NCBI GenBank assembly: GCA_946414505.1
Contig: CAMKOU010000001.1
Coordinates: 80 to 64,079, forward strand
Source: an uncultured Clostridia bacterium
GTDB lineage: Bacteria > Bacillota > Clostridia > Oscillospirales > Acutalibacteraceae
Reading direction: 5' to 3'
DNA: 64,000 nt
The translations under genes and the position numbers were made by a program. Positions within the stretch are counted from its first letter, which is position 1; each line of letters begins with the position of its first letter. A model generated the notes under the pieces. It was not told the DNA's origin. It saw only the letters and a list, made by a program, of their open reading frames with translations, and searched no databases. Positions 28,984-38,928 of the stretch are shown in pieces.

Positions 28984-30232
28984 ATCCCTTGTCGGACGCT
29001 GGATGCAAAACAACTATTTGCTGTTTATCATTTCCGTGGTGATTTCGCTGGTGATTTGGGTGTATATCAGCTTCAACTCCCCCAACACCGACACCACCTT
29101 TACCATCGGCGACGTGCCGATCCAAATCGAGCTGTCGGAGGAAGCGAGCAAGCAGGGCTTGCAGGTGTTCCCTCTGGATGAGCCCGTGGCGACGGTTACC
29201 GTATCAGGTAACCGCACGGTGCTCGGGCTGCTCAACGAAAACGACCTTACGGTGACCGCCGCTGCCGGCAGCGCCACTACCACCGGCACCTTTTCTCTGC
29301 CGGTTTCCGCCAACAAGCGTACCACGCGCGGCAACTTTCAAATCACCGCCTCTTCGCCGCAAAGCATCAACGTCATGCTCGACTACCGCAAGGAGAGCGA
29401 GTTTGAGATCACCGACGGCATCACCTATTACCTGGAGGACGGCTACTACGGCGTTGTTTCGCTGCCCTACAGCCGTGTGCTGGTTTCGGGACCGCAAACC
29501 GAGGTGCTGAAAATCAAAAAGGTGGTCGCCAAGGCGAGCATTTCGGAAAAGCTGAAGGAAACCCGTGTGGTAGACACACGGTTGGTGCTGTATGATGAAA
29601 ACAACAAGGAGATCTCCAAAAAACTGCTGAATCTCAGTGTGGACAACTTTCAGGCGACGGTCAGCGTCATGCCCGAAAAAACGGTTCCGGTCGAGCCGGT
29701 GTTCCTCAACAAGCCCGACGGCGTGAAAATCACCGCCGACATGATGACGGTGGAGCCCGCCGAGCTGCAATTGGCAGGTCCTGCCGACACACTGGGCACC
29801 ATCACCTCCGTGCAGCTCGACCCGATCGATTTCTCCAAGCTGAAAAATGAAAAGATCACGCTGGAGGACAAGGGCATCAACATTCCCGAAAACTGCCGCA
29901 GTATCAGCAATACCGCTACGGCGAAGGTGACGCTCGACCTCAGCGGCTATGAGCAAAAGAGCTTTACGGTCGATCAGTTTGTCGCCGACGGACTGCCAAA
30001 GGGGTATGACTGCACCATCACCTCCAAAAGTCTGCGCGTAACGATTATCGGTTCAAGCGAGCAGTTGAGTGCGCTGACATCCGCCAATATCACCGCCGTT
30101 ATCAATACCTCCGATTTCTCCGGAAAGACCGGTTCGGTGGAAATGCCCGTCACGTTCCGCATTAAAGACGCCGACACCTGCTGGGCATACGGCTCGTATC
30201 TGGCGAATATCACCATCACCAAAAAATCATAG
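28973..30232 (+). CDS. cdaR: CdaR/YbbR-domain protein
   Basis: N-terminal TM, repeated V-V-G-P beta domains, overlaps cdaA. Confidence 0.85.
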   Translation: MKHKSLVGRWMQNNYLLFIISVVISLVIWVYISFNSPNTDTTFTIGDVPIQIELSEEASKQGLQVFPLDEPVATVTVSGNRTVLGLLNENDLTVTAAAGSATTTGTFSLPVSANKRTTRGNFQITASSPQSINVMLDYRKESEFEITDGITYYLEDGYYGVVSLPYSRVLVSGPQTEVLKIKKVVAKASISEKLKETRVVDTRLVLYDENNKEISKKLLNLSVDNFQATVSVMPEKTVPVEPVFLNKPDGVKITADMMTVEPAELQLAGPADTLGTITSVQLDPIDFSKLKNEKITLEDKGINIPENCRSISNTATAKVTLDLSGYEQKSFTVDQFVADGLPKGYDCTITSKSLRVTIIGSSEQLSALTSANITAVINTSDFSGKTGSVEMPVTFRIKDADTCWAYGSYLANITITKKS

Positions 30233-30296
30233 ATTACAAAAAGCCGGCTCCTCACGTCAGGGTGAGAGAGCCGGCTCTTTTTGAGAGTGGTTTTAA

Positions 30297-30381
30297 AGTG
30301 CATGGTGCATAGAGTGAATAGTGCATAGTGAATGGTGCATGGTGAAGGGTCGCTGCGCTCCGATTTGTAATGCTGCGTGTG
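30297..30381 (-). repeat. inverted copy of the 26506-26589 heptamer element
   Basis: Reverse complement reads AAATCGGAGCGCAGCGACCCTTCACC-ATGCACC... Confidence 0.8.
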
Positions 30382-30479
30382 GTTATGGATGCGTGCTGCG
30401 CTTGGGATACGTTTCCTTTATTTATGCCTTAACACGGTTGGCGATGCGAAGCTTTTCTCATGCCGTCCTGCGGAAACTG

Positions 30480-32303
30480 TTACGGCAAGCTGTCGTATTT
30501 CCCGATATCGCACAGCAAGATCTCATGGCAGCCCAGCCGGGTGCTCAGCGGTGCGAGCTCCCTGTAGTCACCGTAGAGGAAGGTGAGATACTCGTCGTAC
30601 CGTTTGGGGACAGGCAGGGGATAGCCCTCGAAATCCTTGTACACGACCTCCTTCAAGATGTCCGCGTCAAAGCTGCCGTTATACACATTTCTGCCCATGC
30701 CGTCATACAGGTAGCGGGCGTGTTTTTTTCTTTTAAAGAAACTGATCGTGTGATTCATCAGCCAATAGCTAAACCGCAGCGGCAGCAGCTTCACAAAAAA
30801 GTTGGTCACCGCCGACTGCACGCGGCTGCCGTTGTCCGCCTTGCGGTGGTTCCACTTGTTGAGTACCAGCGCGCGCGTAAACAGCGTCGCCGCAAGGTGG
30901 ATCTTCCGCCCTAACCGCGAGTTGGCGGTTTTGTCGTGGCAGAAAATGTCAAACGCAATGCCGACGTTGATGTCGGTGTGGTTTTTGGCGAGCGCAGTGG
31001 CAAACACCGTGCCCTCCACGCGCAGCTTGTTGAACTCATAAAAGCAGTTTTTGTCGGTTTTGCCCGACTGAAAGGTCATGCCCGGCGGCAGCTCGCTTTG
31101 GGCGATCGCGGCAAAGCGGTCGTAGTCCTCGCGCAGCATCATGATATCCGCGTCGTCGTCCCACGGAATGAAGCCGTGGTGCCGAATGGCGCCCAGCAGG
31201 GTGCCGCCGCCGAGGAAGTATTTGATGTGGTGCTTGCGGCAAATGCGGTCAACCTCCAGCAGATAGGCAAGCTGCATTTGCTGTATCGCGTGCAGCCTGC
31301 CGTCGTGGGTGTTCGGCAGCTGCAAGCCGCGCGTGTCCGGCATATGGGACATCACGCACAGCTCCAGCGCGGTTTCTATTTTAATGGCAGGCGCACAGCC
31401 GCCGTTGATGATCTTTCCGTTGGAGAGCGCACAGGCGTTCTGCCCGGCGCCGCCGGTCAGGGTGATCTGCGCCTTTTCGCCGTAAACGTCGTGCAAGATC
31501 GCCGCGAGCATGGCGGCGGACACGGTGCTGTTGACGCCCGTGACGTTGTAGACGGCGTTTGCCGCCAAGCTGCCGTTCAGCGCATACACGATCGCGCGGA
31601 ACACATCGGTCAAATAGACATAGGAGAGCTTGTTGCCGTTTTGCAGTGTGCAGGGCTTGCCGTTTGCGACCGCTGTCAGCACGCTGTCCAGCCAATTCGG
31701 TATACCGCTGCACGCACCGAGAACGATACCCGTGCGCAAAGTGGTGAGGGAAAAACCGCCCGCCTTTTGCTGACACTGCCACAGACATTCGATGACGCGC
31801 AGCAGCTGGTTTTCCTGCGCGGCAGCGTCCGTATTGACAAGCGGCGCGTATTCATTTTCGGCGTAAACGCGGTTGGGCTTGCCGTTGCCGTAAACGCGGC
31901 TGTCGCTGAGCAGCACCACCGGTGCGCCGCAGCGCCGGGCAATGTCGGAAAGCGCGTTGACGCGCTGTATTTCCTCTGCAAACGAAGCGGAAAAGGAGCC
32001 GGCGGTTTCGCAGCAAAAGCCTGTGTGTACGATGGCGTCAAGCTTTTTTATGTTTGCCAAGCCCTCCGGCGTGACAGAGGAAAACCGGTCGCTGTTGCGG
32101 CATTCGGCGGAAAAGCCGGCGTCGTCGCCCGCGTATATCACCCGGATGTCGCGTTTTTGGTGCTCGCTTTGATACACCAGCGCATAGCAAAGACAGCGGG
32201 CAAGTGCATGTCCGCTGACGAGAATCGTTGTATGCCGCAGCTTGTCCAGCTGCTCTTTTTCGACCTGCGGCATCGCCGCCCAGTCCAGTTGAAATTCGTT
32301 CAT
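30480..32303 (-). CDS. epimerase/dehydratase-like domain fused to LicD family phosphotransferase
   Basis: C-terminal GGTLLGAIRHHGFIPWDDDADI..YLTFLYGDY; N-terminal LSDSRVYG..YVYLTDV..YNV. Confidence 0.88.
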   Translation of the reverse strand: MNEFQLDWAAMPQVEKEQLDKLRHTTILVSGHALARCLCYALVYQSEHQKRDIRVIYAGDDAGFSAECRNSDRFSSVTPEGLANIKKLDAIVHTGFCCETAGSFSASFAEEIQRVNALSDIARRCGAPVVLLSDSRVYGNGKPNRVYAENEYAPLVNTDAAAQENQLLRVIECLWQCQQKAGGFSLTTLRTGIVLGACSGIPNWLDSVLTAVANGKPCTLQNGNKLSYVYLTDVFRAIVYALNGSLAANAVYNVTGVNSTVSAAMLAAILHDVYGEKAQITLTGGAGQNACALSNGKIINGGCAPAIKIETALELCVMSHMPDTRGLQLPNTHDGRLHAIQQMQLAYLLEVDRICRKHHIKYFLGGGTLLGAIRHHGFIPWDDDADIMMLREDYDRFAAIAQSELPPGMTFQSGKTDKNCFYEFNKLRVEGTVFATALAKNHTDINVGIAFDIFCHDKTANSRLGRKIHLAATLFTRALVLNKWNHRKADNGSRVQSAVTNFFVKLLPLRFSYWLMNHTISFFKRKKHARYLYDGMGRNVYNGSFDADILKEVVYKDFEGYPLPVPKRYDEYLTFLYGDYRELAPLSTRLGCHEILLCDIGKYDSLP

Positions 32304-32306
32304 GAT

Positions 32307-33071
32307 CTATTTTTTCTTTTTCTTTTTTTGTTCTTCCTTGTAGTCGTGATACACCTTCAGGGTGTCCTCCGTTTTGCCGTCATAAATGACCGTGCCCTTG
32401 CGCAGATAGATGGCGCGCGGACAGATCTCCTTCACGGAATCGGCGTTGTGGCTGACATAAAGCACCGTGGTGCCGGCGGAGATGATCTCTTTGATCTTAT
32501 CCTTGCACTTGCGCTTGAAGCTCGCGTCGCCCACCGCCAGCGCTTCGTCCACGACCAGCACGTCCGGCTCGATGTTGACGTTGATAGCAAAGCCCAAACG
32601 CATTTTCATACCGCTCGAGTAGGTGCGCACGGGTTGGTCGATGTAGTCGCCCAGCTCGGCAAAGTCGATGATGCGCTCCTCGATCTGCTTGATGTAGTCA
32701 TCCTCCAAGCCCAGAATATAGCCCTTTAGATAGATGTTTTCCCTGCCGGTCATTTCGTTGGAAAAGCCCGCCGTCAGCTCCAGCAGCGCCGCCACCTTGC
32801 CGTCCACGACGATCTCGCCCTCGTCGGCAAAGGCAACGCCCGTGATCATTTTCAGCAGGGTGGATTTGCCGGCGCCGTTGTCGCCGACAATGCCCACCGA
32901 TTCGCCGCGCATGATCTCAAACGAAACATTGTTGAGCGCCTTGTTGGTTTTGGGGTTGCGGGGTTTAAAAAACAGTGCGCGAAAGCGATCCTGATCGCTT
33001 TTATACAGAATATAGGTTTTGCTGACGTTTTTGAAGGTGATAATCGGCTTTGCCGTGTCCAGTTGATCCAT
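32307..33071 (-). CDS. tagH: teichoic acid/polysaccharide ABC exporter ATPase (TagH/Wzt)
   Basis: GDNGAGKS, YSSGM, VDEALAVGD, VSH. Confidence 0.88.
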   Translation of the reverse strand: MDQLDTAKPIITFKNVSKTYILYKSDQDRFRALFFKPRNPKTNKALNNVSFEIMRGESVGIVGDNGAGKSTLLKMITGVAFADEGEIVVDGKVAALLELTAGFSNEMTGRENIYLKGYILGLEDDYIKQIEERIIDFAELGDYIDQPVRTYSSGMKMRLGFAINVNIEPDVLVVDEALAVGDASFKRKCKDKIKEIISAGTTVLYVSHNADSVKEICPRAIYLRKGTVIYDGKTEDTLKVYHDYKEEQKKKKKK

Positions 33072-33083
33072 TGCTCCTCCTCC

Positions 33084-33929
33084 TTACAGCACATCGGGAA
33101 GCTTTTTTCTGAGACGGTTATAGTTGAAAATACCCAGCAGCGTAACGGCGATCAGCTCGGCGGCAAACACGACCAGCTCGGTTTTGTATTCCCAAAAGCC
33201 GCGGTGATACAGGAAGGTGTTGCGGTAGCCGTTGGCGAAGAAGTTGATGGGATTGAGCAGCATCGCCCACTTTAATCCGCCCGTAAAGCTGTAGGAATCG
33301 TACATGATACCCGACAGCCAAAAAACGCCCGACATGATGGAAACAATCAGGCTTTCAAAGTCCTTGGAAAACGCCGCCATCGGCGCGGTTGACCACGAAA
33401 GTGCCAGGAAGAAGAAAAACAACAGCGGACAGTAGAAGAAAAACTGCAAATCAAACCACTCAAAGGGAGCGCTGCCGCCGGAAACACGGTGGAAAATCAC
33501 ATAGGCATATAAAATAACGCACAAAAACAGGTGGACAAACAGCCGCGACAGTCCCGTGTAGGTCAAAATGGTAGACACGGGAAACTTGACCTTGGTAATA
33601 AACTGGCGGTTGGTGCGCAGCGTTTTGGTGCCCTGCACAATGCTGTCCTGAATGAAAAACCACGGGATGATGCCCACGAACATAAAGGTGAAAAAGTCAA
33701 GCGTAAACGGGTCGCGATGCATACCGTTGAGGTGCACGTTGACCGAGCGCAGCGCCTTGATGCCTACCGAAAAGGCAAACCAATAGACAAACACGGTAAA
33801 GGCGGGCTTCACCACCGCCCAAAACGGACCGATCACGGCGCCTTTGTAGGTTTTGATCAATTCATTTTTTGCTAAAAGAAAAATCTGTTTGCCGAACCCC
33901 TTGTGTTCCTTTAAAATAGAGGTAAACAA
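33084..33929 (-). CDS. tagG: teichoic acid/polysaccharide ABC exporter permease (TagG/Wzm)
   Basis: YKGAVIGPFW, KVKFP, LNP..GYR; six TM segments. Confidence 0.88.
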   Translation of the reverse strand: MFTSILKEHKGFGKQIFLLAKNELIKTYKGAVIGPFWAVVKPAFTVFVYWFAFSVGIKALRSVNVHLNGMHRDPFTLDFFTFMFVGIIPWFFIQDSIVQGTKTLRTNRQFITKVKFPVSTILTYTGLSRLFVHLFLCVILYAYVIFHRVSGGSAPFEWFDLQFFFYCPLLFFFFLALSWSTAPMAAFSKDFESLIVSIMSGVFWLSGIMYDSYSFTGGLKWAMLLNPINFFANGYRNTFLYHRGFWEYKTELVVFAAELIAVTLLGIFNYNRLRKKLPDVL

Positions 33930-34074
33930 TAAAACACTTCCTTTTCACAGTACATACGGTATACGCATACCATTTCCATACTACTACATACATTATAGCG
34001 GATTTCCGCTATTTGTCAATCAGTCAAAACTCTGAGATTGGCTGTAAAACCGCGAAAATAATTGTAAATTTTGG

Positions 34075-34170
34075 TTGACAAACCGATTTTTCATGCTATA
34101 ATATATCTGTTGCATTATGCGACAAATCCTTGCGGTGCAAACCGCCATTATGTCCAGAAGGAGGTGCTAA
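34075..34170 (+). promoter_or_regulatory. rpsF promoter and probable S6:S18 autoregulatory leader
   Basis: TTGACA-17-TATAAT, then TCCTTGCGG..CCGCC..AAGGAGG able to pair over the SD. Confidence 0.6.
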
Positions 34171-34173
34171 GAA

Positions 34174-34470
34174 ATGGCAGTAACAGCGAATTATGAGACC
34201 GTTATGATCGTTACCATGAAAAAGGGCGAGGAGGTTGTCCAGTCCGTCGTGGAGCGTTTCAAGACCCTCATCGAGCAAAACGCCACTTTGAAGAACGTTG
34301 ACGAATGGGGCAAGAGAAAGCTTGCGTACCTCATCAACAAGGAAAGCGAAGGCTATTATGTTCTCTTTGAGTTTGAATCCACCGCCGCGTTCCCCGCAGA
34401 GCTTGACCGTAAGTTCAGGATCAACGAAGACGTGATGCGTTCCATGATTATCAAGAAGGAAGTCGAATAA
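34174..34470 (+). CDS. rpsF: 30S ribosomal protein S6
   Basis: YETVMI..WGKRKLAYLI..EGYY. Confidence 0.98.
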   Translation: MAVTANYETVMIVTMKKGEEVVQSVVERFKTLIEQNATLKNVDEWGKRKLAYLINKESEGYYVLFEFESTAAFPAELDRKFRINEDVMRSMIIKKEVE

Positions 34471-34513
34471 GCATTTGGTAGGGCGAAAGCCTGAACGTGA
34501 AAGGATTTTTATT

Positions 34514-35032
34514 ATGTTGAACAGAGTAATTTTGATGGGCAGATTAGTTGCCGATCCCGAGTTAAAAACCACCGCCTCCGGCATCAGCGTGTGCAGCTTC
34601 CGCATTGCCGTTGACCGCAATTATGTCAAGCAGGGCGAGGAGCGCAAGGCGGATTTTATTGATATTGTTTGCTGGCGACAGCAGGCAGAATTTGTTTGCC
34701 GTTATTTTGGCAAGGGCGCCATGATCGCCGTGGACGGCCAGCTGCAAACGCGCACCTATCAGGCAAAGGACGGCACCAACCGCTATGTGGTGGAGGTCGT
34801 TGCCGACAGTGTTTCGTTTACAGGCGAGCGCCGTGACAGCGGCAGCAATTACGGCAACAACTACGGCGGCAACCAAGCCTACAACGCACCGTCTTACGGC
34901 GGCAACCAGTCCTACAGCGCGCCGGCTCCGCAGCAGCCGAGCTATCAACAGGCAGCGCCGCAGCCCTCGTACCAGAGCGGCAGCAACAGCGATTTTCAGG
35001 ACATGCCCCTTGATGACGACTTACCGTTCTGA
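34514..35032 (+). CDS. ssb: single-stranded DNA-binding protein
   Basis: MLNRVILMGRL..DDDLPF. Confidence 0.98.
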   Translation: MLNRVILMGRLVADPELKTTASGISVCSFRIAVDRNYVKQGEERKADFIDIVCWRQQAEFVCRYFGKGAMIAVDGQLQTRTYQAKDGTNRYVVEVVADSVSFTGERRDSGSNYGNNYGGNQAYNAPSYGGNQSYSAPAPQQPSYQQAAPQPSYQSGSNSDFQDMPLDDDLPF

Positions 35033-35084
35033 TTATTAAGATGATTACGTAATTTTGATTATTCTCACGAAAGGAGAACCGACA

Positions 35085-35324
35085 ATGGCCGATAGACCCA
35101 ACAATCGCGGCAGAAAGTCCCGCAAAAAAGTTTGCGGCTTCTGCGTGGATCAGGTAGAGCACATTGATTATAAGGACATCGCGCGTCTGCGCCGCTATAT
35201 GTCCGAGAGAGGAAAAATTCTTCCCCGCCGTGTCACCGGCACCTGCGCAAGACATCAGCGTGACCTCACCACAGCAATCAAGCGCGCGCGTCATCTGGCG
35301 CTGCTGCCCTACACTGCTGACTAA
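35085..35324 (+). CDS. rpsR: 30S ribosomal protein S18 (Zn-binding type)
   Basis: [26 protein letters not shown]. Confidence 0.98.
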   Translation: MADRPNNRGRKSRKKVCGFCVDQVEHIDYKDIARLRRYMSERGKILPRRVTGTCARHQRDLTTAIKRARHLALLPYTAD

Positions 35325-35457
35325 TCCGTTTTTATTGCGCCGTGCGTTTGCACGGCGTTATTTTTTGTCGCATTACCGCTTTTGATACCGGTGGATCGCT
35401 CTTGTAATCCAGCGAAAAAAGTGTATAATAGAATTGAAATGGAAAGGAGGCGACAGT

Positions 35458-37959
35458 GTGCAGCAATACCACGTTACCGGCATGTCCTGCGCGGCGTGCA
35501 GCGCGCGGGTGGAAAAGGCGGTGTCCGGGGTGGACGGCGTCACCTCGTGCGCGGTCAACCTGCTGACCAACTCCATGGGCGTCGAGGGCACGGCGTCGCC
35601 GCAGGCGGTCATCCGTGCGGTCGAGGACGCGGGCTACGGCGCGTCCGTCAAGGGCGGTGCTGTCAAGCAGGAAAGCGCTGACGACACCTTGAAGGATACC
35701 GAATCACCAAAGCTGCTCAAACGGCTGATCGCCTCGCTGGTGTTTTTGCTCGTGCTGATGTATGTGTCCATGGGGCACATGCTCGGCTTGCCGCAGCCGC
35801 CGTTTTTGGCGCACGATCCCGTCGCGGCAGGGCTGGCGCAGCTGCTGCTCGCGGCGATCGTGATGGTCATCAACCAAAAGTTTTTTATCAGCGGCTTCAA
35901 AGCCCTGCTGCACCGCGCGCCGAACATGGACACCCTGGTGGCGCTCGGTTCGGGCGTGTCCTTTGCCTACAGCACCGTCATCCTGTTTTTGATGACCGAC
36001 GCGCAGGCAAACGGCGTCCATGCGGCTGCCATGGCGTATAGCCACGGCATGTATTTTGAATCGGCAGCGATGATCGTCACGCTGATCACCGTCGGCAAGC
36101 TGCTCGAAGCCAAGTCCAAGGGACGCACCGCCAATGCGCTGAAAAGCCTGATGGATCTCGCGCCCAAAACCGCCGTCGTGGAAAAGGACGGCACGCCGGC
36201 CGAGGTGCCGGTGGAGCAGGTGCAGCCGGGCGACGTGTTTATTGTCCGCGCCGGCGGCAGCATTCCCGTGGACGGCGTGATACTCGAGGGCAGCTGCGCG
36301 GTGGACGAATCGGCGCTGACCGGCGAAAGCGTCCCTGTGGATAAAGCCGCGGGCGACAGCGTTTCGGCGGCGACCGTCAGCCGTTCGGGCTATGTGCGGT
36401 GCCGCGCGACCCACGTGGGAGAGGACACCACCCTGTCGCAAATCATCCATATGGTCAGTGACGCGGCAGCGACCAAGGCGCCCGTTGCCAAAATCGCCGA
36501 CAGGGTGTCGGGCGTGTTTGTGCCGGTGGTCATCGGTATCGCCGTCTTCACGGCGGCGGTGTGGCTGCTGCTCGGGCAGTCCGTCGGCTTTGCCCTGGCG
36601 CGCGCGATCTCCGTTTTAGTGATCAGCTGTCCGTGCGCCCTGGGACTTGCCACACCGGTGGCGATCATGGTCGGCAGCGGCGTCGGCGCTCGCAACGGAA
36701 TTCTGTTTAAGAGTGCCGTCGCGCTGGAAGCAACCGGCAGGCTCCAAACGATTGTGCTCGATAAAACGGGTACCGTGACGCGCGGAGAGCCTGTGGTGAC
36801 GGATATCCTCGCCGACGGCAGCGAAACGGCGCTGGCGGAAATCGCCTATGCGCTGGAGCACAAGAGCGAGCATCCGCTCGGCAGGGCGGTGGTCGCCTAT
36901 GCCGAGGCGCGGCAGCTGCCGCTGCATACCGTCGCGGATTTTCAAACCCACGCCGGCAACGGCTTGACCGCCGTGCTGGACGGTGAAGCCGTGCGCGGCG
37001 GCAAGCTTGCGTTTGTGCAGGCGGTGTGCGCCGTGCCCGATTCCTTCCGACAAGCCGCCGCACGTTTAGCGGATGAGGGCAAAACACCCTTATATTTCTC
37101 AAAAGGAAATAAACTGCTGGGCGTGATCGCCGTGGCGGATGTGGTGAAGCCCGACAGCCCCGCAGCCATTGCCGCATTGCGGAACATGGGCTTGCGCGTG
37201 GTGATGCTGACGGGTGACAACGAAAAAACAGCCGCCGCCATCGGAAAAACGGCAGGGATCGACGAGGTGATCGCAGGCGTGCTGCCCGGCGGCAAGGCGG
37301 CAGTGATACAAAAACTGTGCGGCGAAGGCAGCACCGCCATGGTGGGCGACGGCATCAACGACGCGCCTGCCCTCACGACCGCCGATGTGGGCATTGCCAT
37401 CGGCGCCGGCACCGACGTCGCTATCGAAGTGGCGGACGTGGTGCTGATGAAGAGCCGCCTCAGCGACGTACCTGCCGCGATCCGTCTGGGCAGGGCGACG
37501 CTGCGCAATATCCGTGAAAACCTGTTTTGGGCGTTCATTTACAACGTCATCGGCATTCCGCTGGCAGCCGGCGTGTTCATTTATTCGTTCGGCTGGCAAT
37601 TGGAGCCCATGTTCGGTGCGGCGGCAATGTCGCTGTCGAGCTTTTGCGTCGTCATGAACGCATTACGGCTGAATTTTGCGAAACTATATCCAAAAAACCA
37701 ACCTGCAACGGAGCCATCCGTTGACGATACACCCACAGTAAAGGAGCAAACCACCATGACAATCACCATGAACATCAACGGTATGATGTGCGAGCACTGC
37801 GAGGCGCGCGTCAAAAAAACGCTGGAAGCCATTCCGCAGGTCGAAAAAGCCGAGGTCAGCCACACCGAAAACCGCGCGGTCGTCACGCTGAAAGAGGACG
37901 TTCCCTTTTCGGTGCTGAAGGAAGCGGTGGAAGCGCAGGACTACGAGGTAGTCGAATAA
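35458..37959 (+). CDS. copA: copper-translocating P1B ATPase with N- and C-terminal HMA domains
   Basis: GMSCAAC, TGES, CPCALG, DKTGT, SEHPL, GDGIND, YN..MSLSS, GMMCEHC. Confidence 0.93.
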   Translation: MQQYHVTGMSCAACSARVEKAVSGVDGVTSCAVNLLTNSMGVEGTASPQAVIRAVEDAGYGASVKGGAVKQESADDTLKDTESPKLLKRLIASLVFLLVLMYVSMGHMLGLPQPPFLAHDPVAAGLAQLLLAAIVMVINQKFFISGFKALLHRAPNMDTLVALGSGVSFAYSTVILFLMTDAQANGVHAAAMAYSHGMYFESAAMIVTLITVGKLLEAKSKGRTANALKSLMDLAPKTAVVEKDGTPAEVPVEQVQPGDVFIVRAGGSIPVDGVILEGSCAVDESALTGESVPVDKAAGDSVSAATVSRSGYVRCRATHVGEDTTLSQIIHMVSDAAATKAPVAKIADRVSGVFVPVVIGIAVFTAAVWLLLGQSVGFALARAISVLVISCPCALGLATPVAIMVGSGVGARNGILFKSAVALEATGRLQTIVLDKTGTVTRGEPVVTDILADGSETALAEIAYALEHKSEHPLGRAVVAYAEARQLPLHTVADFQTHAGNGLTAVLDGEAVRGGKLAFVQAVCAVPDSFRQAAARLADEGKTPLYFSKGNKLLGVIAVADVVKPDSPAAIAALRNMGLRVVMLTGDNEKTAAAIGKTAGIDEVIAGVLPGGKAAVIQKLCGEGSTAMVGDGINDAPALTTADVGIAIGAGTDVAIEVADVVLMKSRLSDVPAAIRLGRATLRNIRENLFWAFIYNVIGIPLAAGVFIYSFGWQLEPMFGAAAMSLSSFCVVMNALRLNFAKLYPKNQPATEPSVDDTPTVKEQTTMTITMNINGMMCEHCEARVKKTLEAIPQVEKAEVSHTENRAVVTLKEDVPFSVLKEAVEAQDYEVVE

Positions 37960-38011
37960 AAATGTATATCACCTCCGTTTTTACACATGCTAAAAACGGA
38001 GGTGCTTTTTT

Positions 38012-38758
38012 ATGAGCCATTATGAATCAAAAACACAAAAAACACGCCGGGAGAAAATCGGCTTTTACACGGCGCTGTCCATCTGTTTGATCGCCATTTG
38101 CATGGCGGTGTATTCCACATACAGCACGGTGACGGAGCCGAAAAAAACCGCCCCGGTGTCCGCGTCGGAAACAGGCGTGGCGGCGGTCAACGAACCGGTC
38201 ACGCACGCAACGGTGCCCATGCCGACCTTTGGTGTGCATGTTTCCACCGCGCCGCCGGTGACGGAGCCGCCGGTAACCGAACTGCCTGCAAGTGAAGCGG
38301 CGGAAAAACCGACAAAGGGGAGAGCCGACGCGCTGGAAACCATGCTCGCTGCCGACGTCAATTTGACCCTGCCCACCAAGACGGGACATGTGCTGCGCGA
38401 ATACACGCGCGACAGCGTGTACAACAAAACGCTCAACACATGGAAGCCGCACACGGGCGTGGATTTTGACGCGGATCTGGGCGAGGAGGTGGTGTCCATG
38501 CTCAGCGGCGAGGTCACGAAGATCTACGACGACAAGCTGCTCGGCAAAACCGTGGAGATCACCGTCAACAACGTCACCCTCTGCTACAGCGGCATGGGCG
38601 GCGTGAACGTCAACCAGGGCGACAAGGTGGATCGCGGCGACAAGATCGGCACTGTCGGCGTGGTGCCGATGGAGGCGTCCGACCCCAATCACATCCACGT
38701 GGCGGTCAAGGTGAACGGCACCACCGCCGACCCGTTCAGCTTTATCGGAAATGACTGA
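38012..38758 (+). CDS. M23 family peptidase, SpoIIQ-like
   Basis: N-terminal TM (KIGFY..LIAI), HTGVD, HIH. Confidence 0.8.
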   Translation: MSHYESKTQKTRREKIGFYTALSICLIAICMAVYSTYSTVTEPKKTAPVSASETGVAAVNEPVTHATVPMPTFGVHVSTAPPVTEPPVTELPASEAAEKPTKGRADALETMLAADVNLTLPTKTGHVLREYTRDSVYNKTLNTWKPHTGVDFDADLGEEVVSMLSGEVTKIYDDKLLGKTVEITVNNVTLCYSGMGGVNVNQGDKVDRGDKIGTVGVVPMEASDPNHIHVAVKVNGTTADPFSFIGND

Positions 38759-38928
38759 TACGATGCACCAAAAGCCTTCTCTGCGGCGGAGAAGGCTTTT
38801 TGCCGCCTGTTTTTTATGCGTCCGTTTTGGGCAATATAGCCAAAACGGAGCGCAATATTTTGGATTGCAGCGCGGCGGATAATGTGGTACTATAACAGTA
38901 GAATCTCAGCCAAAAAAGGGTGATATCT

